Assembly (NCBI RefSeq): GCF_035084215.1
Contig: NC_090336.1
Location: 29,016,001-29,080,000 of the forward strand
Reading direction: 5' to 3'
DNA length: 64,000 bases
DNA from: Heptranchias perlo
Lineage: Eukaryota
Part shown: positions 46,727 to 58,700 of the stretch, piece after piece
Position numbering within the stretch: the stretch's first letter is position 1
How the letters are laid out: every line of letters starts with the position of its first letter
Notes under the pieces: generated by a model
The model's input: the letters and a program-made list of their open reading frames with translations, nothing else
Databases searched by the model: none
Told to the model about the DNA's origin: nothing
Program-made: the position numbers and the translations under genes

Positions 46727-49700
46727 CTTAAGACAGAATGGAATATGCAAATATTGAGTTATCACCATTTTCTGTAGACTGATAGTTTGTGTCAACATTC
46801 TGGTAAATTTATTTAAGATAACTTCACCAAATTGAATTGATTAATTTGGAAAACTCAGTTACTATAGTCATATGGTACAGGTGGGACCACTAGAGACGAA
46901 GGTAGGACCAAAGGAGTACATGAGAAGGAGAGCCACAACTGCAGATAAATATTCAAAAGGACACCATTAAAAAAAGACTAAAAATAGATGTCATCAGACC
47001 CAGATGGTATGCAGCCCACAGTACTTAAAGAATTTGGGGAGCAGATTGTGGAAGTATTAAAAATCTTTAGAAATGGGAATTCTTCCAAGTTGACTAGAAG
47101 ATGGCAGAGGTTATACCCTTGTTCAATAAAGGGGAAAAGAATGTCAGGAAATTAGTCTTACACAGTCCATAATACAGGATAAAATTACTGAACAGTTAGA
47201 AAGGCATGGACAGTCAGCATGGGTTTACAAAAAGTAGGTTGTGTTTCGGGTGTCTAGGATAAGCCCGAAAGATAGCATCTCTGCATGGCAAACAACTGCA
47301 CCCAGAAGGGTGGTTTTAGTAGCAGTTGATCCTGACGACTCACCCAGCTCTCATTAGTGGCTCCAAGCGCCACACCCGGGGACCTTGCCTCAACTGGCAT
47401 ACTAAACCTAATGAAATTAGCCAAGGAATAATGATCGAACACTTGGTGAATTCCAGACCTCCGAAACCGAAAATTTGGTCCCATCGTCGCTGCTGATCTG
47501 ACGGATGGGAATTTAGTAGTAGTAGTAGTAGGTTGTGTTTGACTAAATTTAACTGCATTTTTTGAGGCATTCACATTTTCCTTTCAAGTTACGTTGGCTC
47601 CCTGCCTTAACTCTAGTGGGCAGAAGAAAACTGGATTTGAAGCCATTCCAGCAAACTCCCGCATTGTCACTTCCGGGATTTCCTGCTGAAAGAGTTATCA
47701 GGTGTCCAATCCTTTCACCCTAATATGGTCAAAGGAATTTTAGAGAGGCAAAAGAAAGAAATGGGACATATTTTTCATCATTTACACCACAGCAACATTG
47801 GAGGTAGGAATGCTTTATCTTATTGGTGCAGTATTACTATCATGTATGATGGCGGTGGGTTTAAAATTTAAAGGACCCAAGGGAGTGTAATGATTATAAG
47901 GGGAATTGATTACACTCATGCTCCAATTTTACAAAATTGAAAAAAAGGCTACTCCTCTTAATTCAAAGTTGCTTAATTTTCCTGTAGTCTTATTAATTTT
48001 ACTCCTATCCAGGTCTGTTTACCCATCTGAGCCCATTTACAATAAGTAGAAAGACACTGGAAATAAACACGCAAGCACAAATTGCCTTCTTCGAAAATGA
48101 CATTTTTGTTGATAACTGTGATAAATTCAGTTGTTACCTAAACCATTCAATACTATAGACTCCAGAGTAATTATGATTTTGCACCTGTTTGACATACCTG
48201 GAAGTGTTAAATATAGCTGTTTTTTAACAGGATTGGATAAAGTACTGTGTATTACTTCAATGGCAAATTCCTTATTGTGATCCAAAGCTGTTGGTGTTAA
48301 CTCCAGACAGGAACACAACCGATAATATCCACCGTGTTCCTTTTCAGGGCCTGTATTTGTGACTCCACTATGGACAGGCTTTTCATCCATTAGCCAGTTG
48401 GCTGAGATTTCATTTGGAGAAAAATTAATTACAAGACACTTAAGAATAAGACGCTGACCATATAATGGAATTTCTGGCTCAAGAATGATGTCAGAAACTA
48501 TTGGAACTCCTGTTTGAAAAGAAAGTACAAGAATTGTTGATAATAATGCCAACGAGCAATATGTGCAGTATACCAATAGTTAACCCTGACCCCCCCCCCA
48601 GGACATGAAGTATTGTAATTTGATGAAATTCTGTGGAACAATACATTCAACACAAAAACAAAGTAAACTAACAAACTGAAAGATGGCGTTAATACCATTT
48701 AAATTATCCATGTTAGCAAACCGGTCTGACATGATAAATGGTTGTTATGTACTTCACCCATGATAACATAAGAAGTTAAATGTTTTTGATAATAACAAAC
48801 AAGTATCAACTTTATTATCTTGGTAATCTTAAATTCAACTTTCAACATCTGTAATTTTAAAGTTCCGTTGGCCTCTCAACATTCTACCACTTCTCAACTT
48901 TCATTCCTTTAGAGTCATCTCCAAGTTATTTCCACTTCTTTATTCCAACTACAACTCGCGTTTATATAGCGCCTTTAACGTAGTAAAGCGTCCCAAGGCC
49001 CTTCACAGGAGTGTTATCAAACAAAATTTGACACTGAGCCACATAAGGAGGTATTAGAACAGGTGACCAAAAGCTTGGTCAAATAGGTAGGTGTTAATGG
49101 GCGTCTTAAAGGAGGGGCAAGGTAGAGAGGCAGAGGGGTTTAGGGAATGAATTCCAGAGCATAGGGCCCACGCAGCTGAGAGTATGGCCGCCAATGATGG
49201 AGTGATTAAAATCAGGGATGAGCAAGAGGCAAGAATTGGAGGAGCGCAGAGATCTTGGAGGGTTGTAGGAGGTTACAGAGATAAGATGGGGCAAGGCCAT
49301 GTAGGGATTCGAAAACAAGGATGAGAATTTTTAAAATCGAGGCGTTCCCGGACCAGGAGCCAATGTAGGTCAGCGAGCACAGGGGTGATGGGAAAACGGG
49401 ACTTGGTGCGAATTAGGATATGGGCAGCAGAGTTTTGGATGAGCTCAAGATTATGGAGGGTGGAAGATGGGAGGCCAGCCAGGAGAGCATTGGAATAGTC
49501 CAGTCTGAAGGTAACAAAGGCATGGATGAGGGTTTCAGCAGATGAGCTGAGGCAGGGGCAGAGATGGGTGATGTTATGGAGACGGAAGTAGGCGGTTTTG
49601 GTGATGGAGCAGTTATGTGGTCGGAAGCTCATCTCAGGGTCAAATAGGATGTCAAGGTTGCAAACGGTCTGGTTTAGCCTCAGACAGTGGCCAGGGAGAG

Positions 49701-52700
49701 GGATGGAGTCGGTGGCTAGAGAGCAGAGATCCCGGCGGAGACCAAAGACAATGGCTTCGGTCTTCCCAACATTTAGTTGGAGGAGTTTTTGCTCATCCAG
49801 ATGTCGGATAAGCAATGTGACAAATGAGAGACAGTTGTGAGGTAGAGATGGGTGTCATCGGTGCACATGTGGAATCTGCTGTGTTTTCAGATGATGTCAC
49901 CGAGGGCATCATATAGATGATAAAAAGGAGGGGGCCGAGGATAGATCCCTGGGGGACTCCAGGGTAACAGAGCAGGAGGGGGAAGAGAAGCAGGTAATTC
50001 TATGGCTACGACTGGATAGATAAGAATGGAACCAGGCGAGCACTGTCCCACCCAACTGGATGACAGAGGAGAGATGTTGGAGGAGGATGGTGTGGTCAAC
50101 CGTGTCAAAGGCTGCACACAGGTCGAGAAGGATGAGGAGGGATAGTTTACCATCAGCACAGTCATATAGAATATCATTTGTGAATTTGATAAGAGCTGTT
50201 TCAGTACTGTCGCAGGGGTGGAAATCTGATTGGAGGGATTTAAACATGGAGTTGTGGGACTGATGGGCACAGATTTGGGACGCGACAACATGTTCAAGGA
50301 CTTGAGAGGAAAGGGAGGTTGGAGATGGGGCAGTAGTATGCAAGGACAGAGGGCTCAAAGGTGTTTTTTTTGAGATGTGTGATGACGGCAGATTTGAAGG
50401 GGAGGGGGACAGTACCTGAGGAGAGGGAACCATTAACAATATCAGCTAACATGGGGGCCAGGAAGGGAAGTTGGGTGGTCAGCTGTTTAGTGGGAATACG
50501 ATCAAGGGAGCAGGAGGTGGGTCTCATGGTCAAGATAAGCTTGGAGAGGGCATGAGGGGAGGTAGGAGAGAAACTAGAGAAAGGTGCAAGTTCAGGGCTA
50601 GGGCCGGAGGGAACTGTAGGGGAAGTTTGGCTTGATGGGCTAGGGGAAGGGAGGGAAGCAGCAGAGGCAACTAAATGGATGGTCTCTATCTTAGTGACAA
50701 AGAAGTCCATGAGCTTCTTGCACTTTTCGTTGGAGTTGAGGGTGGAGGGGCAGGGGAGAGGGGTTTGTTAGTTAATTGCAAACGTTCTGAAATTGAACTC
50801 TTCAAATATTACAAACAATTAATGCTTTCAGACAATAAAAAAACATTTATTTCACATTTATTTTCTATTGCTATCCATGACTGATTTAACAATATAAACA
50901 TTTTGATGCACAAAAAGCAAAAGGTCCTGAGGATGAATTAAATTGTGCATTTGCTGCAATTTCAGAATGGCATACCCATTACATGCTGATCTGTGATCTA
51001 GTAAGAGTAGTACTGTAAATTAGGAGTAGCGTGTGGAAGGTTTCATGCATCCATTATGCAGATATTCAAAGAGCTCAATTTAAAGGCAAAGCTCTTGCAT
51101 TCCCCATCGCTTATAATACTTCCAGCCAAGGTCATTTAGCCCCCTAATTCCTAGTCCATGGAAGTGACATTTGACAATTTCATCTACTCATCATGTACTG
51201 ATGAAGATCAGTTTCTTTCTTTGATTTGATTCCAGACCCTGTTTTGTCCTTTTTCCCCCACTTTCAGAATTAGCCAATCTCTGAATTCCTCTCCCCCCTT
51301 ACCCTTCCCCCCAAATGCCTAGAATTCTATGCAAGGTTAGTCTGCCAGGTAAAACTGTGATGCTATTTGTTCAACTTATGCCAAATTATGGGCAGTTTTG
51401 TGCTGCGGTTGAGACTCCCAATAAGACTTGTCATTCTTGGCTAACTTCAAACCTAGGTCACAGAGGTGAACAGACGATGCTAGCCAAACACTTTGCTCGG
51501 TTCTACTAGATTTTTTAGTCCAAGTAAACAATAGTTACTTAATCAGTCAATAATCTACAAATTGTGTGTTGGATCTTAGCTGACCAGGTACTACTTTGAT
51601 ACAAGATGATCTGAAGTACCTTAACAGTCCTATGTGTGCCAAAAGCAAGATCAACTCATAGATCTGAGTTCAATATTACCACGGTATAATATCCATGTGT
51701 ATTTGGGTTACTTGCTTCTAAACATTCACATTCATTCTCTTTTGCTGTCCACAATTATTTGGATTGTCTAACAACTGTTTCGATGCAAAAACAATTCAAG
51801 CTTATGGCTGAGTATAACTATCAGAATTTCAAAATAGCTCTAATCCAACAAAGACCCCATATCATGCTCATCTGTGATCTAGTTTTAAAAGAAAAAGGAC
51901 TGAAAAGCAAGAAATATTAGCACAAAGAGTTTTTCACAAGCAAGAGCGCATCAATCAGCACTTTCTGGCAAAATTAATTTTAGTACAAAATATTTGTGGT
52001 AAATTTACATTTAAATTAGTTATTTAAGAATGTGAAAATTTGACAAAATGTTCCCGTTTAAAGGAATGCACAGCTTACTAGAAGTTTAATATTAATGTAG
52101 TTCAGTATAGAAACAAATAGGCATTTAATTCGTACCTCCAAGGTGTAAGATGAAACTGGACCTTGAAGGTCTGTGTGAAGTTGGGAAATGAAGAACCTCA
52201 ACTCTGAATTCCATTTGATGATATTCTGGCCTAATGAACAATTTCCATTGACTTCCACAGTAGAAAAGTCCAGTTTTTTCATCTTTCTGGGGTTCGGAAG
52301 AAGTGATTCCTGTATCTTCAGTGCGCACATCATTTTTGAACCACATGAACATAGTTTCCTTTGGAAAGAAGCCATATGCATGACATATGATTGTTGCTTC
52401 TTTTCCTGCCTCTGGGAATTGCGGTTCACTTCTTATGTATTCTACCAATGGAGAAGATACTGGATCAACACAAAAAAAAGTTAGATGTAGTATCTTGCAA
52501 GCTACTTCAATAACTTACAGAAAATAAAATTTATGAAGAAAACTAGTAAAAATATTTGTTAGAAATATCTAGCTATAGGATGAGGTCATGCTAAACTCAA
52601 ATTTTAGTTATTCGGATCCTACTGTACAATTAATATTTAGTGAATACATTGTGTGCCATAAAAATATAAACATTGAATTCAAAAATTTAAAGAACTATAG

Positions 52701-55700
52701 AATGTGTTACGTGTTTGCAATGAAAATACATGCATAAAAATGCATTTTAAATTGATGTTCTACAAATATGTATGCCAACACAACTGTGAAGCATTGAAAA
52801 GAATGGAATGATGGATGTGATTTTATCAGTTTTTGGCATGATTGTGCTTCCATAACCTCAGTATGAGCATTATGTTGGGCAAACAAATATTCTGTTTGCA
52901 TCGTGATAAATTATACTATAATGCAGATGCACTGTGCTGGTAGGAATAGAAATAAATGTACTAAGCAGTTGATATGATTTTCACCCTTTTACTAAAAATA
53001 CATATAGTGGGCCAGAATTTGCTGGAGCAGGGCATCTCACGGCGTGCCCTGTTAGTTAAACATTTTCCTGCACCCTTCAGCTCAAAAATGTTTTGCCCTG
53101 CAAGTTGCTGGAAGTGCGAGCTGATAACGGCACAACGAGGGCAACAAGGCATCTGGGACCTCGGTAAATGACGGGACCAACAGTGTATCTCCTTAAATAG
53201 TAAGATTAAAGGATTGAGAAATAAACAGAAGCAGGCCTGAGAAGGAGGGTGAATTAGAGTGGGTGAATTCAATGTCAAATCAAGTACAGAAAGAGAAACA
53301 AAAACAGGATTGAGAGAGAAAATAGAATCGAAGGAAAAGAAAAAAAATTACATTTTAAATTTGATATTTTTAAAATCTCCAACAACAATTCAATACCTGA
53401 AGGAATGAGACTTCACACTTTTAATTGTTCACTTGTCTGGGCTGGAGAGGTTGATCGCCAATCATTAACAACAACCACCTCGTTAAAAGGATATTTACCC
53501 TATTAATTACTGGACTTAACTTTTTGTGGCGAGTTTAATGGGCAATTAATGCAGCAACTTCATGAAACTCACGGGGAGGTTAAGTGCGAGATGCCATTTT
53601 CACAAAGCTAATGGTGGAGTGACGCAAATCAGCCAGCAACTTGTGGCGATTCGCAATTCACGGGATATCTCTTCCTCGCCAAAAGTTGCTGGCCAATTTG
53701 CACATTAATAACGCACGCTGTTATTTGTTCAGTAAATTTCAGCCCTTTATATAGTTTAAAAAGATGTTCTTATGAAAAAAGAAAAATCTGATTGATGGCA
53801 CATCTCTCTCCAGTTCAAAGGCACTCTCCCCTCTCCCCACACACATGCAGTCTAAAGAGGGGCTCGTCTTACCTTCCCCCTCAGTTCCAGAGGAACTTTG
53901 GACCAGCCCCAGTGCACAAATACACTCCTCCCCCCCACTTAATTTCAGAGGTACTCCTTCACTCCCCCTACTTCACAGAAGTATTGTTCTCTTCTGCCAC
54001 CCTGTCCAAAATACCCCTTACCACTGGTCCTGGCTTTATCTGCTATTCTGAGGTTTTATGTTCACTGGTTCCAGGTCTCACCTGAAGGCGCTTTGCGAAC
54101 ACACTAACAGCCACACTCTGCAGGCAGGAATTCCTCATACGACAAAAACTACTGCATGCTAAACTGTCTGTACTCACCAAGCATTGTTCTGTGAATTATA
54201 AATGCGATTTCATTTCGAGGATTTCATATCACATCGTTCACCTGACGAAGGGGGAAGCCTCCGAAAGCTTGTGAATTTAAAATAAAATTGCTGGACTATA
54301 ACTTGGTGTTGTAAAATTGTTTACAATTGCTAAGCAGAAAGCAGAGAATCCACTCCTGCAGCTAAGCATCTTCAGACAGGAATGATACCAGCAGGGAGAG
54401 TGCATCAAGGAGCAAACTAGCAGGGAAGAAGCAGCAGGGAGGAAACCAATAGGGAAGAGTATCAGGGAGCAGACTAGTGATGAGCCCCTCATTTGCCTTT
54501 GTTGAATCCTTTTAGGAATTGAATGCAGTTGGAACAAAACTGCATTTAATATCAATGCACTCACAAGATTTAAAGCTACATTTACCAGAGTCTGATAAAT
54601 TGTGAGATGATAAAACTTTTATTTCTACAAAGGCAAACATGGACATATCTGAAAATACAAAATTAGTTTTACTTTTTAACGATAGCCTTCAAGGTGAATG
54701 AGGTCAGTGCTGAAGGGTGGAATAGTTTTTTCCAACTTTGTCTTCAGTGTCAAGTATAGTACTGCCAGCTACTGAGCAAGCTCCCTTCAGTCTACCCAAC
54801 ACAGTACCTCGAGCCTCAACCTCAAAAAGTTGAACCAGTATGAATTTTTCTACTTTACACAATAGCCATTCTGGCATTTCTGGCTAGATTTTAAGTTTTA
54901 TCATGAATAATTTCAAGTTAAGAGTAATTTTGTGTTCATGTTAACTGGGGACTGGACTGAAACTGCCCAATCTCATTTCACACCAGACCACAGCCAACAG
55001 GGAAAGGAGATCTTTATGCCATCAGTCTGGCTGGATTTGAACCTCAAACTCAGTGATTAAAAGGCAGTGCATAAACCCAGAATGTCATCCATTCTTACAA
55101 CCCAGTTTTTCAAAAGTTAACAAAACCAACTACTTATGCACAGCTGTGTTCTACAATGAACATTAGAATCTTTTAAAATAAAAAATAATATGTTAATAAA
55201 TGTAAAATATCTTACTTACCCACTGGAATGAGTGCACGGTCAGTTTTTCTGGACTCAGTGATACTTTCGTGCTGGAATTCACAAGTTAATATCTTCCCAA
55301 AATCTTCCCTAACAGGAATAAATTTCAAACGACTTGTAAAGTAAAAAAGGTCATCCTTTCCAATGACTACTTCAGCATCAACATTCGTTTCCTCCAATAT
55401 GATGTTATTCTTTTTCCAAATAACTTCAATATCTTTTGGAAAGAAGGAATATATTCTACACGACGCAAATGCATGTTCATCTGCAATTGGGGCTTCTGGT
55501 GTCAGTTTTATATCATCACATTTTGGGATAGCTGAGCAAAAAAGAAAAAAAACACAAATTGTAGAATTTTGAAAACAACAAACATTGGTGATACAAACTG
55601 CTGGGATTTTTTTATTACTGATTTTAGATTGAATCATTAAAAAGAAACAGTTAACAGCATAAACTGAAACTGACATTCAGCTCAACATGTACAACGTTAC

Positions 55701-58700
55701 AAACTACGGTCAAATGTTTGATTTTAATTATACATCTGTATTGCCACCCCTCCACAAAATCCAACGACCAAAAGTAAAAATGAAAAGCTACTCTGTTCTA
55801 TCCCTGGATAGGCCCATTACCTGCCCCTTCCTGATCACTTCTGAATGTGCCCACTCTAGAAGTGATAATCTAAGTTCACCCACAGAAACTGTATTCTGCA
55901 CTGAGATCCACAGAATCTAACAGTAAGTGTAATGTGCCAACGCTCTATTAAGCAAACAGTTTGTTTCTGGAATAGTCTGCATCATAATGAAACCACATAT
56001 GGTTAAGTTTCAATATATTTTAGAGCAGAGAACAAAAAACTTCCAGTTATCCAAGCTTTGATACATCAAGAGTTCTGTTCTTGGTACTGAGATAAAGCAT
56101 TTTCTACGCCACTGTGCCTGCCAATTTCAAACTAACAAACCCAGTGGAACGGATAGAAGTAACCCTGACTATTCTGAATCCTGGTCTCATGCAATTAGGT
56201 GCACTGACAGAGTCAGAAGAAAGCAGCAGATCCCTCTGAAAAGTTATGTAGAGGACTACTGGGCCTGCTTTATGGACAGTCTAGTTTTATATCCAGTCTT
56301 GGATGAGCCACAATTTCCTCCAGTTAAGTGTTGGGAAGACCAAAGCCATTGTCTTCAGTCCCTGCCACAAACTTCATACACTTGTCATTGACTCCCTAGC
56401 AATTGTTTCAGACTGAACCAGACTGTTCACAACTTCAGCATCCTATTTGACACTAAGATGAGCTTCTGATCCCATATATTTTCCTTCAAACAGACTGCTT
56501 CCTTCCAGTTCTGTATCATCCGACTCCTCCCCACCTCAGCCCATCTGCTGCTGAAACCCTCATCTGTGCCTGTGTTACTTCCAGACTCGACTATTGCAAT
56601 GATTTATTGGCCAGCCTCCCATTCTCCACACTTGGTAAACTTCAGCTCATCCAAAACTCTACTGCCTGTGCCCTGTCCTACAACAAGCCCATCTCACCCA
56701 TCACTAAGCTACATCGGCTCCCAGTCCCCCAAAGCTTTCAATTTAAAATTTTCATATTTAAATCCCTTCTTGGCCTTTACCCTCCCTCCATCTGTAACTT
56801 CCTCCCACCCTACAACTCCCCAACCTGAATTCTCTGTTCTTCTAACTCTGACCTCTTGTCCATTCCCTCCCGAAACCCCGCCACCTCCCTGCCACCTCCT
56901 CCTCCTTAAAACCAAGCTTTTGGTCAATCCTCCTAGTATCTGCTTCTTTGGCCCAGAGTCCATATTATTCTGATTACGCCTCTGTGAATCACCTTAAGAT
57001 GTTTTTCTACATTAAAGAGTCCGTACAAGTGCAAGCTATTCTTTTTCTGCAACAACCAGGGGAGCGGGAGACCAGGAGAGTGGGAACAGGTCAAGAGCAA
57101 GTGAGTGCAGCTGAGGGGAGCCACAAAAGTATTCTGAGATATCAAAGTGAAATTCAGCATAATTTGATGTTAGAACAGAGGCTAGGCCAAAACTTTTGAC
57201 GGAGATGTTCAATAAACTGAAATTCAATATAAAAAGGAATCCATTAAAATTAATATAACCAAAAACTCTCAGCTACAATTTTCCCTTCTTCACCTGATTA
57301 TTTTCACTGTAAGAAGATAACTCATGAGAAGGACTTCACAAATATAGCAAATGCCTTTCTCACCTCCAAGTTGAATGTTCCACTATTCCACATTGTTCTC
57401 CTAACACCTTACCCAAGATCCTATAATTCTTATCACATCCTAAGTGACAACACGTCCTGGGATTGCAACACAAGCAATGTTAACTGATTGTTCTTACTGC
57501 TTACCAACCGTCCAAATTAATTTTCTTTTAACCTCTTTACAAATGAACTATAATTATTCATTCTGTATTTGACGAGAGAACTTAAATATTGCAGCTAAAA
57601 TTGTAGAAAAACATTTTAAATAAAATGATCAGAGAAATGCTGACAGTACCTTTTATATTTAAAACAATATCTTTTGTAATTTTTGACCTTGTGGCTGGAT
57701 GCACTACTTCACAAATATACTTAGTGCCATGGTCTTCACTAATGGTTGGTATAAAAACAAGAACACTGGTGACGCTGTATGTGTTGTCTTCATATTTCAG
57801 CTCAGTTATACTGTGGGAATATTTGGGTTGCTCTGTTTCTGTCCCAGCAATGAACTCTGGTTTTCCTGGCTCAAATTTCACAATTTCTTCCTCCAGCTTG
57901 TTCTTCTGTTTTCTGTACCAAGTGATAGCCAGCGGTCTCGGTTTAAATCCATTAATTGGACAGGTCACAGCAAGCACTTCTTCATGAATAATACGAGGAG
58001 GTATTACAATGTCCGTCATCTTTGGTTCAACTTTTTTTTAAAAAACGGGAAAATACATAATATTTAATGTTTTAAAAAATTCTCAGACTACTTTAAAACA
58101 AAAGCATCTCAGAGTTTACATTATCTACTGCTGCATCAAGTATAAAGGGCAATTCAACAATCCTGGCAAAAAAAAGCTGCTACCCCTGCTGCATAAGGTC
58201 CGATCTGTGTGCTGGCAGAATGGTTAGCTGGCCTTGCCAGATGTTACAAGACAGCCAGGAATCTAATTTAAAAACGTGGCCTGCACTACTTCAGGCTTAT
58301 ACAGGAAATGTAACTACAAGAGACCCTGCAAAATATCAAGTCTTTTAGGCTCAAATTTAAAAGGAAATAGCCACTTCAAAGAAATGGTCAAATGAGAAAA
58401 AAAAATTCTTGGAGTTGTCTAAAGGCTCAAAAATGTTTTTAAAAAAAGTTTTCAGCCTTTACAAATGTTGTGTGGTGGGGTGGGGGGGGGGGGGGGGGGG
58501 AAGGAGAAGAAATGACAAGCAAGTATGAATCTGCAGGACACAGGAACAAATGTGGGAAAAGAGGGTACACTTAATCTGGCAATGTAAGACTTCCTGACAG
58601 TACCATATACCTGGTAAACAGCCCAAGATTCTATGCCAAAAAGTGTTGCCTGTTCATCCATGCCAAGCCCTCTCTCAACCTTACATTTCTTTCACTGTAT

